This document shows, piece by piece, positions 1 through 11,666 of a stretch of 64,000 bases of DNA; position 1 is the first letter of the stretch; each line of letters begins with the position of its first letter. The stretch spans positions 413,381-477,380 of the forward strand of contig NW_015162497.1 in the NCBI RefSeq assembly GCF_001447785.1. The letters are read 5' to 3'. A program made the translations under genes and the position numbers. Under the pieces are notes generated by a model, which saw only the letters and a list, made by a program, of their open reading frames with translations, made no database searches and had not been told where the DNA came from. This stretch comes from Gekko japonicus (taxonomy: Eukaryota).

Positions 1-415
1 CTTCCGTTTGGAAGCCGCCGGCTCCCTCCGAATCCTCTACGTGGCCTCGGGGCCCCGATGGCTCGAACATCCACTCCTCGAGGTCTTGCTTGGAATTCCC
101 CTTCTCCGAGGTAGCCCCCGGCTCTGGGAACAATCCCTTGTCAAACAGACTTTCACGTAATCCGCTCCCTCGACGGGAGTACACCTCTCGGGTGCCCTGA
201 GTGTTGTACATAGTCCAGTCATCCTGCTGTTGAGTCTTCCGCGGACCCCAGTGCGAAGGGGTCGGAGGCGGCCAAGACAGATGTGCAGGCCGGCGGGGAA
301 TCGTTCCCCCCACGGCACCCTCCAGCGAGGCTGCCGTCACCAAAGGAGCGGAGGTGTGTGGGACCGATCCTGAATCCCCCTCCGTTTTCGGTAGGTCTCC
401 CTCAGCTCCGCTCAT
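1..415 (-). CDS. N-terminus of a retrotransposon gag-like ORF (partial, no stop within the window)
   Basis: ATG at 415, 35 nt after the PBS. Manual translation is open for 138 codons to the window edge (MSGAEGDLPKTEGDSGSVPHTSAPLVTAASLEG...GGFQTE). Gag identity is inferred from position only. Confidence 0.6.
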   Translation of the reverse strand, partial: MSGAEGDLPKTEGDSGSVPHTSAPLVTAASLEGAVGGTIPRRPAHLSWPPPTPSHWGPRKTQQQDDWTMYNTQGTREVYSRRGSGLRESLFDKGLFPEPGATSEKGNSKQDLEEWMFEPSGPRGHVEDSEGAGGFQTE

Positions 416-883
416 GATCTTGCCAGATTCGGAACGATAGGAGAAAGGGAGTTCTAACAATATGTTGGATCCCCAAGCATCGAGAATAAATCCACGTTTT
501 CAAGAAAAGCAAAATTTATTTCAAAGCGTTGAAGACATACTCAAACACGTTCTTTGTTAGAACTGGGGATACACAGTTAGGGCGAGCATAATAAAGGAAA
601 TTCAAACAGATACATATCCAATGAATAATATTCCCGCTGGCGGGCTAATGAAACGGTTGCGCGCCCAGTCCATGGGAACCAGGCAGAACATCAGACAAAA
701 CACAGGTGCAGTTCTCATGAGATAGCAATAGGCAAGCATTACAGCATCTTCTCCCCCACACATCCACCAGTAGTTATCTTATGCATTCCAGCACAGAAGC
801 AGGATAGTAGAAACAAGCCGGGTGCAACAGGGTAAGGATATGTACACAGAGGTCACAGAAAACAGAATGGCAGCTTGCTGACA
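1..883 (-). mobile_element. 5' end of a Gypsy (Tf1/sushi-like) LTR retrotransposon: 5' LTR 463-883, PBS 450-460, start of gag-like ORF; runs off the left edge
   Basis: On the minus strand the LTR runs TGTCAGC...CCAACA (421 bp), with a TATA-like motif (588-595) and AATAAA (515-520). The CpG-rich interior holds an open ORF. It abuts a CR1 RT fragment at 884. Confidence 0.8.
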
Positions 884-1100
884 CCTTGACTTCCAGAAAG
901 CTTTTGATAAAGTTCCTCATCAAAGGCTCCTAAGTAAGCTCAATAGTCACAGGATAAAAGGACAAGTCCTTTTGTGGATCAAAAACTGGCCTTGGTCCAT
1001 GCTCTGTTTATTGGCACTCCAGGGCAACTGGTTGGCATTTATGTGAAATGGGATGCTGAGCTAGACAGACTGCTGGTCTTATCCAAAAGGACTCTTATGT
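884..1100 (+). mobile_element. CR1 LINE fragment (RT piece plus degraded 3' end)
   Basis: 885-989 translates LDFQKAFDKVPHQRLLSKLNSHRIKGQVLLWIKNW, a CR1 RT motif. It ends in a TCTTATG-type tail. Confidence 0.85.
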
Positions 1101-1176
1101 TAGACAGAATGTATTAAGTGTCTTCTGTTCTTTAAGGTGTCTTTTAAGTACTCCCCCCCCCTTTTTTGTGCAACAG

Positions 1177-1209
1177 AGGGAATCTGCTGGTGCTCTGGAA
1201 TCCTGGTAA
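1177..1209 (+). CDS. Candidate short last coding exon of an unidentified host gene (RESAGALESW*), followed by an AT-rich 3'UTR-like tract
   Basis: Polypyrimidine tract plus CAG at 1174-1176; TAA at 1207-1209 overlaps a GTAAGT donor; AATAAA at 1624; about 1.1 kb of apparently repeat-free U-rich sequence follows. Confidence 0.4.
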   Translation, partial: RESAGALESW

Positions 1210-3859
1210 GTATTACTGTATTGGCATCTGAAAACTTATACCTTGGCAAATTTTGTTGGTCTTTAAGGTTCTACTACTGGAATCAAATGTTGTTCTATTA
1301 CTGTAATGTAAGCTTTGTCATATACTCTGTACTAAATGATGGCATAGAAAGAGACAAAATTACTTTACTCAGTTGATAAAGATCTGTTCAAGGTAAATTG
1401 ATAATAAGAGAGGCAGACCTCTGAGACAGATACATGAAGTATGCAACACTGGAAGAAAATTAAATTTACATAGTGAACTGCTAAATGTATAAACTTGTTA
1501 TGAAAGAAAGTACCACATAAAGAGAAATGGGTTTACTACAAGAACACACTTGTACTCTGAGGGGCGCTTGCTTTTCATTGTTTGGATTGTTTTATTTATT
1601 TAGGTAGACAGTTTTCTTTTTTAAATAAAAAAATCCTCTTAATTGTAAAATATATTGGTTGTGCTTTGGTAACTTCACTAAAGGAATTACTTGGCTGTTA
1701 CATTTCTCCACCTCTTAGGTGTTGTTTATAGTGGTCATTTTGGATAGAAAATGTAAGGGAAAGTGTGCAATTTGTGAATTAATTTTCTGTGATTAAATTG
1801 TTGGCCTTAGAGATGATATATAACTATTTATAGGTTTTATTAAAAAAAACCCTATGTACATTATAAAAACTAATTTTTTTTCTGATTTGTGTTATTTTTC
1901 TTTTCTTTTTTTGAGGTCTTCACATTTGTTACACTGCCAATTTTTTTCTTGACTTTTTTTTTACATAAAAAAGGGTCATTGATATATTTAAAATATTTAT
2001 TTGTCTAAAATTGCTTTCAAAGATTACATTCTATTATTCTTGGCTTTTAACATTTCCGCAGAACTGAGTGCATTTTTAAAATTAGACCTTCCTTGTGATT
2101 TAAAGTCTGAACTGTATTTTATTTAAAACTCCCTTTATTAGAGTAATGCCATTTTGTCGCATTGAACCGACTACAGGGTGTCAACATCATTTCCTCCCCT
2201 TCTGAATATCACATCTGATAATGGATACCCCATGGTTAAGAAAATTACACACACTTAATACCTGAGGCAAGTGAATTGCAATCTCAGCATAAGCTTAAGT
2301 GATTACATTGTTTCTTTTAGATGCCAGAGGGAGTGTTAACGCTTTCCTGGTAGTGTGCAAAGTGAGAAATCACTTCTCTCATATATATATGAGAGAAGTA
2401 TATATATTCATTCAGGCATAGTTTCAAAGAGGGAGTGCATTGCTGCCCATTTACTGCAGAATGTCAAGAATAGTATAGGATTCAATAATTCACTAACCTG
2501 CTTATTATGGACCAACAGGCTTCATTAACTGCTGTTGGGAACCATGAAAACATGAACTCTAGGCAGACATTAATATTAATTTCTCTAGTAGCAGTAAACA
2601 CTCACTGATGTATGGGACAGGTGTAATGGAATGCTGTTCCAAAGAACAGTTTAATAGAGGAGTCTGGAACATACTAAAGCCTAACTTTATCTGCCCCAAA
2701 TGGCTGATATGTTCAGGAAGGCATTATCCTAGAATAGCTCATAACCAGTTCCTGAATGGCACAGCTTTTGATGCATTTCAGTCCCCCCAAAAACCAACCC
2801 TAAAGACCTGATCAAGTCAGCTAACAATAAAAGAGAAAACAGTTAAAAATGCAAATTAAAACCAAATTCCAAAGACTGGACATCACCACTGAGAAAGGCC
2901 TCTCTCTCGCCATGTTCCTCATCTCTCTGCAGGTGAAAGAAAGCACAAAGGCCAAGGCTTGCAGTGAAAATCTTAAATCTTAATCTGGAGTATCCAGGAG
3001 GACATGATCCTTAAGGCACCATGACCCCCAACCATTTAATTGTCAGCTCTTCAAACTTTCCCCAGAAACAAATACCCAGTGTTGTATCCAACAACCTAGG
3101 CCACCGCATTGTGGACTTATTGAAAGTTCCAGATAGTTTCATTGTCAGTTCCACTCAAAGTACATTATAGGAATATGTGTGTGGAGGGAGAAAGGGCTAA
3201 ATAAACTCCTGACCACCAGGAACTGTGCATGGTGATTAAGAAATACAAATGTACAGGGGGACACACAAAACAAAAACACTCTGACAAAACAGTAGAACTC
3301 CAACTCCTGGTTTGGTCTTGGATCTACTGAACTGGATCATTCAGGGCCACAGGCTCAGAGCCATGAGTTCTCATGCTAAAAAACATGTATTTCTGGCTGT
3401 GCCCAGGCTTAAGTACTTGTAGCAGGAAGGAAAACAGAAGCTCATCCCAGATATTATTCAGCTGTCAGCCATGTTTTCAAAAGTGTTTATTTGGTCCAGA
3501 CTTTTTGAGCATTCCAACCCTTGATATGTGTATCTCAAGGAATAGTTTGATGCTTGGTTTCTTTAATGTTTGTTCCCATAATGGCAGACATTGTCACCGT
3601 AAGTATCATAAGGAAGAGAGGAATATGCATACTAGAATGAACTGTCAGTTCTTACTCTGGCCAAGCTGGCGATTACTAGGGTCTCGGGACCAAGGCAAGA
3701 GTGTGGTGATGAGGGGTAGATATAGGGCAAGCCTATGGTGCAAATGGAAAAAATGCAAGTGCTGTAGCAGAGTCCTTAGTTGCTGAGGTAAGAGAAAGAG
3801 TATAACTGTAAAATCTTTGAAGTAGCTTATGCTGGGCCATGTGTGCATGAAACATGGGG

Positions 3860-4047
3860 ATGAGCTGCGGCTCAGTGGTAGGGCATCTGCTTGGCATGTA
3901 GAAAGTCCCAGGTTCAATCTCCAGCATCTCTAGTAGAAAGAATCAGGCAATAGATGGTATGTGACCCTGGCAATCTGCTGTCAGTCTAAGTAGACAATAC
4001 TGATCTTGATGGGCTAATGGTATAATTTAGTGTAAAGCAACTTCATG
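3860..4047 (+). mobile_element. tRNA-derived SINE with CR1-like tail (Squam2-like)
   Basis: A box GGCTCAGTGG, B box GGTTCAATC, tail GTAGACAATACTGA...CTTCATG; homologous copies elsewhere in the window. Confidence 0.75.
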
Positions 4048-4164
4048 CATTTCCGTGTACTCATTTTTAGTTGTCCTTTCTCCCAACAGCATCCCCGTGT
4101 TTCTGAAAAGCCTCCTGAAAGCAGGTGACTCTGGAGCAGCATCCCAAGAGGATGTGTTAAGCTG

Positions 4165-4330
4165 CTTTGTACATAGTCATATCATTGGTGAATATGAGTT
4201 GAATATTGCCTCAAGGCAGATACTTTCCCATTATCTATTGCCTGAGATAAAGGATCCCTAGAAATGGCAGGGATTGAATTCAGGACCTTCTGTATGCAGA
4301 GCTTGTGTATTACATCTGAGCCATGGCTCC
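4165..4330 (-). mobile_element. Squam2-like SINE, degraded
   Basis: Reverse-complement tRNA head (GGGATTGAATTCAGGACCTTCTGTATGCA...CTGAGCCA). Confidence 0.6.
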
Positions 4331-4760
4331 TCTCCATGCATTGAAACACTTTGGATGCATGCACCAGCCTTTTGCATTGGTAGAAATATTTTTGTCTCAA
4401 TATTTAAATAGCACATAAGTGCATGGCTCTTCATATCTTTTCAAGTCCTAGTTGCTGTGATGTTGTACATACTAATAGTATCCTGACTATGTTTAGTATT
4501 TTTGTTCTTTCAGATATTAAGTATTTCCTGGGAGATACATTTATATAGTATATTGCTCAAAACTTGAAATCATTTGAAAGTGTCTTGGTATATTTCTCTC
4601 TCCAGATTTTGTTATGGGCAAGGTCAAAAACACCAAGTGCACAAGTACTTCATAATTGGCTGGCTGTTCAAAGCACCAGGGAATTCAGTCTATTACGTGC
4701 CCTTCAGTGCCCTAAACTAACACTACATGGGGCCTCCTGAACATATAACAGATTCACTAA

Positions 4761-4820
4761 TCTCTATATAATAATTATTGCAGGTGTGCCTGTAGCACAA
4801 GATAGGCATTTATTATCTAG
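4761..4820 (+). mobile_element. Putative minimal (60-bp) non-autonomous Helitron
   Basis: A|TCTCTATATAATAAT start (first 15 nt identical to the element at 22058), hairpin GTGCCTGT..ATAGGCAT, then TTATTATCTAG|T. Confidence 0.5.
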
Positions 4821-5179
4821 TGTTCTTTAAAATGCAGATCTTTTTCTGAAGATCTGATAAAGTGCTTCCTAAGTCTTTATCGAACATTGATGAATACAAT
4901 TTAAAGGGTTTTTAAAAATAATGATCTACAATTGCATGCTTGTTGATTTTTTTTCTTTTAAAAACACGTATGCCACTGACTTATCTTGTAGCTACTAATC
5001 TAAAATTCATCCTAGAAACTACCAGACTGGTCTAGTGTAGAGCTCAGTGATGGGAACAAGAAATGGATCATTTCAGACTTGTATTTTTTATGTTCAGTGT
5101 TGAGAGGATAGCCTGCGTTACACAAACAAAAACAGGAGAGTTATTCAGAACGATCATATGATTCCCATGACCTGGATGA

Positions 5180-5718
5180 CCCAGGCTAGTCCCATCTCAT
5201 CAGATCTGGGAAACTAAGCAGGGTTGGCCCTGGCTAGTATTTGGTGGGAGACCTCCAAGGCAGAGGTCGATTCGGGGGGGATCGCAGTTCCCCCGGGTGA
5301 GGTGCGGAGGACGGGGCACACGATGAAGCCCCGCCCCCTGCTTACGGCTGCCCTGCTTACGGCCCTCATTCAGCCAGGAGGAGGCAGGAGAAGAAGGAGG
5401 GTAAGTTGCTTCCTCCCCACCTCTCCCCACCCCTGCCTGCCTGGGGCCAGGGAGGGCCTTGGTGGGGCTTCCTTGCATTCCTGCCAGCCTTGCAGGTCCA
5501 CTGCCGGGCCCTTGATGTCAGGGGGTGTGGCATATGCTAATGAGTTATGCTAATGAGTTCCCCTAGCTCTTTTCCTATTAAACGACCCCTGCTCCAAGGA
5601 ATACCAGAGCCGTGACTTGGAGGCAGGCAAGGGCAAACCACCTCTAAATGTCTCTTGTCTTAAAAAACCTACAGGGTCACCATGTCAGCTCTGACTTAAT
5701 GGCACTTTTCACCACCAC
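5180..5718 (+). mobile_element. 5S rRNA-derived SINE (SINE3, 5S-Sauria-like) split by a hAT MITE
   Basis: 5S-like head CATCTCATCAGATCTGGGAAACTAAGCAGGGTTGGCCCTGGCTAGTATTTGGTGGGAGACC; RTE-type tail GGCAAACCACCTCT...CACCACCAC. Confidence 0.8.
5261..5591. mobile_element. hAT MITE
   Basis: TIRs CAGAGGTCGATT / AAACGACCCCTG; perfect 8-bp TSD CTCCAAGG (5253-5260, 5592-5599). Confidence 0.9.
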
Positions 5719-7620
5719 TGCATTTCTGTGGAAACATTTGTTACCAATGAAACAAGGAAATATGTACCTTGTTGTTTTGACCCATTGTGCCAAATGTGCC
5801 AAATAAATTCCCAAAGGAAAAAACTAAACACATTTCCCCAAATAATTCTGCTGTACTGTCCTAATGACCAGATTTAAATGTGCCACATACTGTAACATAT
5901 AAAGGCTTGGTAATTATCAGATTATTCACCTGAATTACAGTAGATATATGCCACAGTGAGAATTACAATAGCCTGTATCCTTCTACTCTGTACTTGTCCT
6001 TCCTCCAGTGTAAGTAATTGTCTTCCAACTTGAGTGCTGGCACAAGAGTCCCGAAAAATGGAGGAAGGTTACTTGGGCTGGAAGAAGGCTAAAAGTTTTC
6101 TGAGTGGACTTGTTGAATATGTCTACAAAACTTCAAGGAAAAATCAACCACGTATTTTTCAGGAAACGTTTCTTTATCAGAATGCTGACCAGCATATTTC
6201 CATCAGTTTGTCTGAATTCAAGACATAATGGTATGGAACAATAACACTGAGTTCCTCTGTAGAAGGTACTTTGAGTTCTTAAGTATTTAATCTCTGCAGG
6301 ACATCCTTCTTGCACACAGACTTCTACTAGCATTATTCTTATATCACTGGTACTGATGCCCGCACTTGATAACCACAAGTTATCATGTACAGCATTGATT
6401 AAAATAATGATTCTGTTTGCAAAGAACCATACCAGAAACATCTGTTCTTAGAAGAACATGTCCTTATATTTGCCTTCAGTTGTATGCATGCATTGTCTCC
6501 AGGGTCTCCTGGATATTTTTGGTCTGTGTTAATTTGCCTTTTTTTTTTTGTTCTATTTATTATCTTTTCCTTTTGTTTCTGGAAACTTTTTGTTACTTCC
6601 ATTAGCCTTCTGACATTTTTTAATGACTCTTGGCCTTTCCACCCTTTCTATGTGCATTTGTCTCCTTCCTGAATGATTTTCTGAATTCACTTTATCTAGC
6701 TTTTGTGCTGTTGGGTTAATTCAAGTTCTCTCACTGTGGCTCTTGAAAGCATTATAGATCTTTCTGAATCATTTTAAAAAGTGAGAAGAAAGTAATAATC
6801 TTTTTACATTTGGATTTTGTAATTTAATGACCATTTCAGATGGTGAAGGGACCAAAATTGTGGTGAGAATTATTTTAACCTAGCTATATTTTTCATAGCC
6901 ATTTAAGAAAAAAGCAGTTTCACATGAGGGTCCCTTAACTGGTCTGAGTTCCATGTGAGAGGAAGGAGGAGCCATATTCCACCTCTGAGCATGTTGGGGG
7001 AATGGGATTTTTTTTTAAAGTCATAGATAGCTTCATATTACACACACCTGTTATCTTTGTGACGAAAACACCCATCATTTTGCAGAGACATATCTATGGT
7101 GATCTGTGCTGTTTTGGACCAGTCTTACTCATCTGTTTTCAGGATTCAGTCTAATATGATCAGTCAATTTTCATAAGCAAAAGAACTGAAAAAAGCAGTC
7201 AAGAAAGATAATGTATTATTTATAACCGGGTTAGGTTTTTAAAATCAAACAATCTAGATGTGGCAACTTGTTGCATTTCAAATAAAATAAAAGAGTGATT
7301 TAAAATTAGGAAAAGGAAGACATATGTGAAGTAGAGTGGCAGGTTGGTGATTGTGGATAGTAAGAACAGACTCACTTAAAATAACAGAGGTCTTTCACTT
7401 TGGGGTTCTTAAAAAAATGTTACAGCACTTTGAAAGAGTGCCAGAGCAAAGTCAGTGGGGTAGAGTCAGCTGTCCTACAACTAGCTTTCTTCCAACCTAA
7501 AGAGATTGCTTCCAACTTAAGTGGCTCCTCCTCCATTTACCTTGACGGAATGCTTCAAACTTAGATTGGGGAAAGGCTTCAGATTTGAGCCAAAAGGAAA
7601 TTTGGGGTACAGATATTTAA

Positions 7621-8093
7621 CAAGAGGCGGGACCTGCGATACTCGCAGGGGGGGAAGTATTCCCCACAGCTCCTGGCCTGCAGAAGCAGGAGATGCGGCA
7701 GCAAGTGAGCCCAGCCTTCTCCCTCCCCCCTCCCTCCCCCCTAGTGGCGGTGGCGAGGCTGGCCCGCCAAGCTTTCTCCTTCCCCCTCCCTCCCCCTCAA
7801 CAGTGGTGGCGGTGAGGCCGGCCTGCCAAGCCTTCTCCCACCCCTCACCCCCTGTGGCAGTGGCAAAGCCTTCTCAGAGCATTCCCTGTGCATGCGCAGG
7901 GAACGCTCTTTTACTTTTGGGGGGATTTAAGTATCCCCCCTATAGTTTTTTTACAGTTTTTAGATTTTTCTGCACATCTGGGGATTGCCCCAAATGTGCA
8001 GGAAAATCTCCCTGCCCCCCAGGTGCCCCCGATGTGCGGATTTAGATATCTGCATGCGGGGTGTGTGTGTGCCTTGGCTATTAGATATATAGA
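7621..8093 (-). mobile_element. Non-autonomous Helitron, CTTG-ended family
   Basis: Minus strand A|TCTATATATCTAATAGCC ... hairpin CCTGCGA-GTA-TCGCAGG, then TCCCGCCTCTTG|T; homologous to 38204-38833. Confidence 0.8.
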
Positions 8094-8106
8094 TAAGTAA
8101 ATAAAC

Positions 8107-9013
8107 TGTTTAATGGAGTGGTGGGACCCACCACACTGTTTTCAAATAATGTGGTTAATAGCACTGCAGCAGAACGTGCCTGCAGGCCCTTTTCTGCCTT
8201 GCTCTTCTGCGGGTTGCCAACTCCCTGGAGGGGCTCCTCCATTGTACTCTCCAGTAGCCACCACCACCATCTGATCAATATAGGGATTTCCCACTGAAGG
8301 GATCAGGACCCTCAGTTCGTCTTCCAAGCTCAGAGGCCTTGCCTCAGTGTCTCCTGCTAGCCCAGAACCTGATTACCATGGAGACAGTATGCCTCTGGGG
8401 GTATAGCCTGCTGCCAACTGCTTGTCTTCCCCCTCTTGGAATAGCGTGTCTGAAGTGGTGGGGGTCTATGTGGTACAGAGGACCACTTCCAGAATCAAAG
8501 GTTTTAAATATTTATTAAAAAGAAAATGTTTACAAGCTTACTTTTTAGCACAATGGCAGACTGAAGCAAGGAAGAACAAAATAAATTGGTGAAACACAAA
8601 TCCTCTGTCCCTCTCAGCTAAACGTGCCCTATCTGATGGTAAAATATAGGACAGGCTCTTTATCTTAGGCGTTCTAAGTCTCTAAAGATCTACCATTACC
8701 TTAAAGCTTGCTCCCAGCTCTTTAGGCCAGCCGCATGGTCCACAATGGCTGCCTGCTCCCAATGTTAGACAAGTGGTCTGGCCAGTTCAGCATCCCAAAA
8801 AGAGAGCTATTTCCTGTTGCCTGAAGAATTTATCCTCTCTGTTCCTCCTCCCCATTGACCCCGGTCAGCCCAGGTCAAGGCATATTTTCCTGTTGTCTTC
8901 AGGAAGTCCGTTCCTGTAACCCGTCTAGCAATTAACACCTTCACCTCTATCTGCTGCTGGGTGTGTGTGTGTGAACTGGCCCATTCCATTATCTCTAGCA
9001 AGACCCATTAACA
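8107..9013 (-). mobile_element. Probable solo LTR
   Basis: Termini TGTTTAATGG ... CCATTAACA form a short inverted repeat; reverse-strand AATAAA near 8511; no TSD seen. Confidence 0.55.
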
Positions 9014-9281
9014 TTTCTTAAAGGATGTGTCTGGAAGGCCATGGGCTAATTTCCTCCCTCCTCCTGATTGTTCTTAGATGGGGGGGACCCTAGTAAAATG
9101 CACAGTGAAGGCTTTTGCTGCTTGCCAACCCTCCAGGAGACAATGCATATCTCCATAGCACTAATGGTGGTATAACAGCATTTTTATAACATCTAATACA
9201 GAGGTAACTATTTTAAAAGGGTACAGTATATAGTCTCTGGTGGAAATAACTTTTGGTACTGATTTGTACTGATTTGGTACT

Positions 9282-9570
9282 GAGAGCCAGTTTGGTGTAG
9301 TGGTTAAGTGTGCGGACTCTAATCTGGGAGAACCGGGTTTGATTCCCCACTCCTCCACTTGCACCTGCTGATGTGACCTTGGGTCAGTCACAAGCTCTGG
9401 CACAGCTGTCCTTGAAAAAGAGCCGTTTGTGCCAGAGTTCTCTCAGCCCCACCCACCTCACAGGGTGTCTGTTGTGGGAAGGGGAAGGGAAAGGAGTTTG
9501 TAAGCCGCTCTGAGACTCCTTTGGGTAGTGAAGGGCGGGGTATAAATCCAATCTCTTCTCTTCTCTTCTT
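9282..9570 (+). mobile_element. Squam3-like tRNA/CORE SINE, full length
   Basis: GAGAGCCAGTTTGGTGTAGTGGTTAAG head, B box GGTTTGATTCC, CORE-like GTGACCTTGGGTCAGTCAC, (CTCTT)n tail. Confidence 0.85.
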
Positions 9571-10241
9571 ATATTGTGCCTGACTGACTTGTACAATAGC
9601 TGTGAGTGATTGGGTGAGATTCCTCGCAGCCTAACAATGCAGCACTTCTGCAGTTTTCCCCCCTGCTGTGTTGTGCACTGATTTTTTACTGATGAGTTTT
9701 TGCTTGTTCATCTCATCATATCCAATCGACTTTTACCAAAGGACTTTGCAGTCTCATTTTATGGCTTCTTCACATGTTTCCGTAGTCACCTTTCTTCTTA
9801 ACACATATTTCACACTGGAAACTTTTCTTCCCCCCCCAGATATCTACACTGAATCTCTTTCTCATTTAAAAACCAGTAGAAGATTAGTGTTTATAAGATT
9901 ATTCTTTTTTTATGACAGGGGCTTTGTACCTTTAACGGTACCTTTTAACAGCACTGCCAAACATACATTGGTTACATGAAAGAAAGAAAAAAACACACAC
10001 ATATGGATGTATAGCTCTAAACTCAAAAATAAATCTTCAGTTAACAGTTCAACTGTTTGTGCTACATCCTTGTCCTAAAAATATTCATTCTACTTCTTCC
10101 CTGCGGCACAACCTTTGTATGCAGGCTTTTTACACATTATGGGCTGTCACCTGAGCCTCATGAACAATTTCTGCCTCAAAATAAGGATCCCTTTGAAAAT
10201 GCTTTGAAGATCACCTTGTATGGAGTCCTTTTACAGTTCCA

Positions 10242-10318
10242 TTCTAAACAGAGTTACACCCTCATAAATCCATTGAAGTTGATGGGTTTAGAAGGGTGTA
10301 ACTCTGTTTAGGATTACA
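10242..10318. repeat. Short palindromic MITE (related copies at about 25598-25680 and 44635-44712)
   Basis: CTAAACAGAGTTACACCCT ... AGGGTGTAACTCTGTTTAG inverted arms. Confidence 0.7.
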
Positions 10319-10447
10319 TTTAATCACCCAGATTTACAGTCCTCTTTGGTAATGTTCACAGAGTCCATGCCTATGGATTTTTCATGAGTTGTAGAGAACA
10401 CTGATATACAGCATTTAAATTAAGAAACAAACAAAAATATAACTGCA

Positions 10448-11386
10448 TGTATAGGTTCCTGCCCCTCATGCCTCTCCAGGAACAAGGGGGGAAGCCTACA
10501 CTTTTCAATACAGTAACCAGAATCTCTCAGTATTCTATAATCCCCTCCAGCTCAGAGCAGAGATTCAGATCTCTGAGTTGGCATCTGGGTTTTACACACT
10601 GGCACCTCTATCTAGAGATGCACTCTTAATTCTTACACAGAGGTAGTTTATAGGGTGAGCATAAGGCACAGGAGTTTAGCCTTGAAATCCAGTTACAACA
10701 ATACAGACAAGTTAGAAACCAGAATAAGTTTATTCAGCACAGAACTTAGCATAGACTAGAAGGATTTCAAAATAACAAAGACTAGGCAGTTTTTTGCCTT
10801 AACTACACAGTAAGAGATATACATAATTACCAACTTCAGGAATCCATAGTCCAAGATTGTCCATTGGAATAATCCAGGGAGCACCAAGGGATTTTTAGGA
10901 TCAAGACACCCATCTTTGCAAGCATGTGCTCAGCTCACAAAGCAGTCCTTTGTTCTCCAACAGACCACATGGCAGGACAGCCTTTCAGGTGGACAGAACA
11001 CAAGAGCAGCAGAGATAGCAGGAACAGAACAGAACAGAACTCTCTTCCAAGGGACCGAACAATTAAACCCCAACCTAGTCACAATCAGCTGTGGCCATTC
11101 AGCCAACTGTGAGTAGGAAGGGTGTGTCCAAATCTTAGTTGTCATGGTAGCTTGAGGGGATAGGTTGGAAGTTTGGAAACCACGCCCGCAGTCACATGGC
11201 CCCCAAACCCCAAACTTCATTGCGTACGTGAGTCTTTGCCTGTTTGCCAGAGGCCATCTGGTCTCTCCCAACATGGAAGTGTGAAGAATGTGGGTTTATG
11301 GCATGGCAATGAGGCCATGGGGCCCACCATTTGGCTTGCGAAAAGACGTAAGCCACAACAGCAGGATATCAAAAACAGAACATTTT
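10448..11386 (-). mobile_element. Solo LTR-like element (same family as 36300-37151), right end interrupted by a SINE
   Basis: Starts TGTATAG; collinear similarity with 36300-37151 over about 850 bp (e.g. GTTGGCAT.TGGGTTTTACACA, TCCAGTTAC.ACAAT, GTGTGAAGAATGTG); reverse-strand AATAAA near 10729. Confidence 0.6.
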
Positions 11387-11666
11387 AGAAGAAGAAGAAG
11401 AGAAGAAGAAATTAGATTTATACCCCGCCCTTCACTACCCAAAAGTGTCTCAGAGCGGTTTACAAACTCCTTCCCCTTCCCCTCCCTACACCCTGTGAGG
11501 TGGGTGGGGCTGAGAGAACTCTGACACAAACTGCTCTTTTTCAAGGACAGCTGTGCCAGAGCTTGTGATGGACCCAAGGTCCCATCAGCAGGTGCAAGTG
11601 GAGGAGTGGGGAATCAAACCCGGTTCTCCCAGATTAGAGTGCACTTAACCACTACACCAAACTGGC
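11387..11666 (-). mobile_element. Squam3-like SINE
   Basis: Reverse complement of the 9282-9570 element; (GAA)n tail. Confidence 0.85.

Noticed and set aside
37-318. 93-aa minus-strand ORF in the track
   Set aside because: It is an alternative frame of the longer open frame starting at ATG 415.
6100-6700. Degraded RTE-like LINE (QEGCP, AEIKYLR words on the minus strand)
   Set aside because: Motifs are too short and fragmented to support a call without a profile search.
9282-9355. Functional tRNA or 5S rRNA genes (also 3860, 5180, 27024)
   Set aside because: These are SINE heads continuing into SINE bodies and tails.
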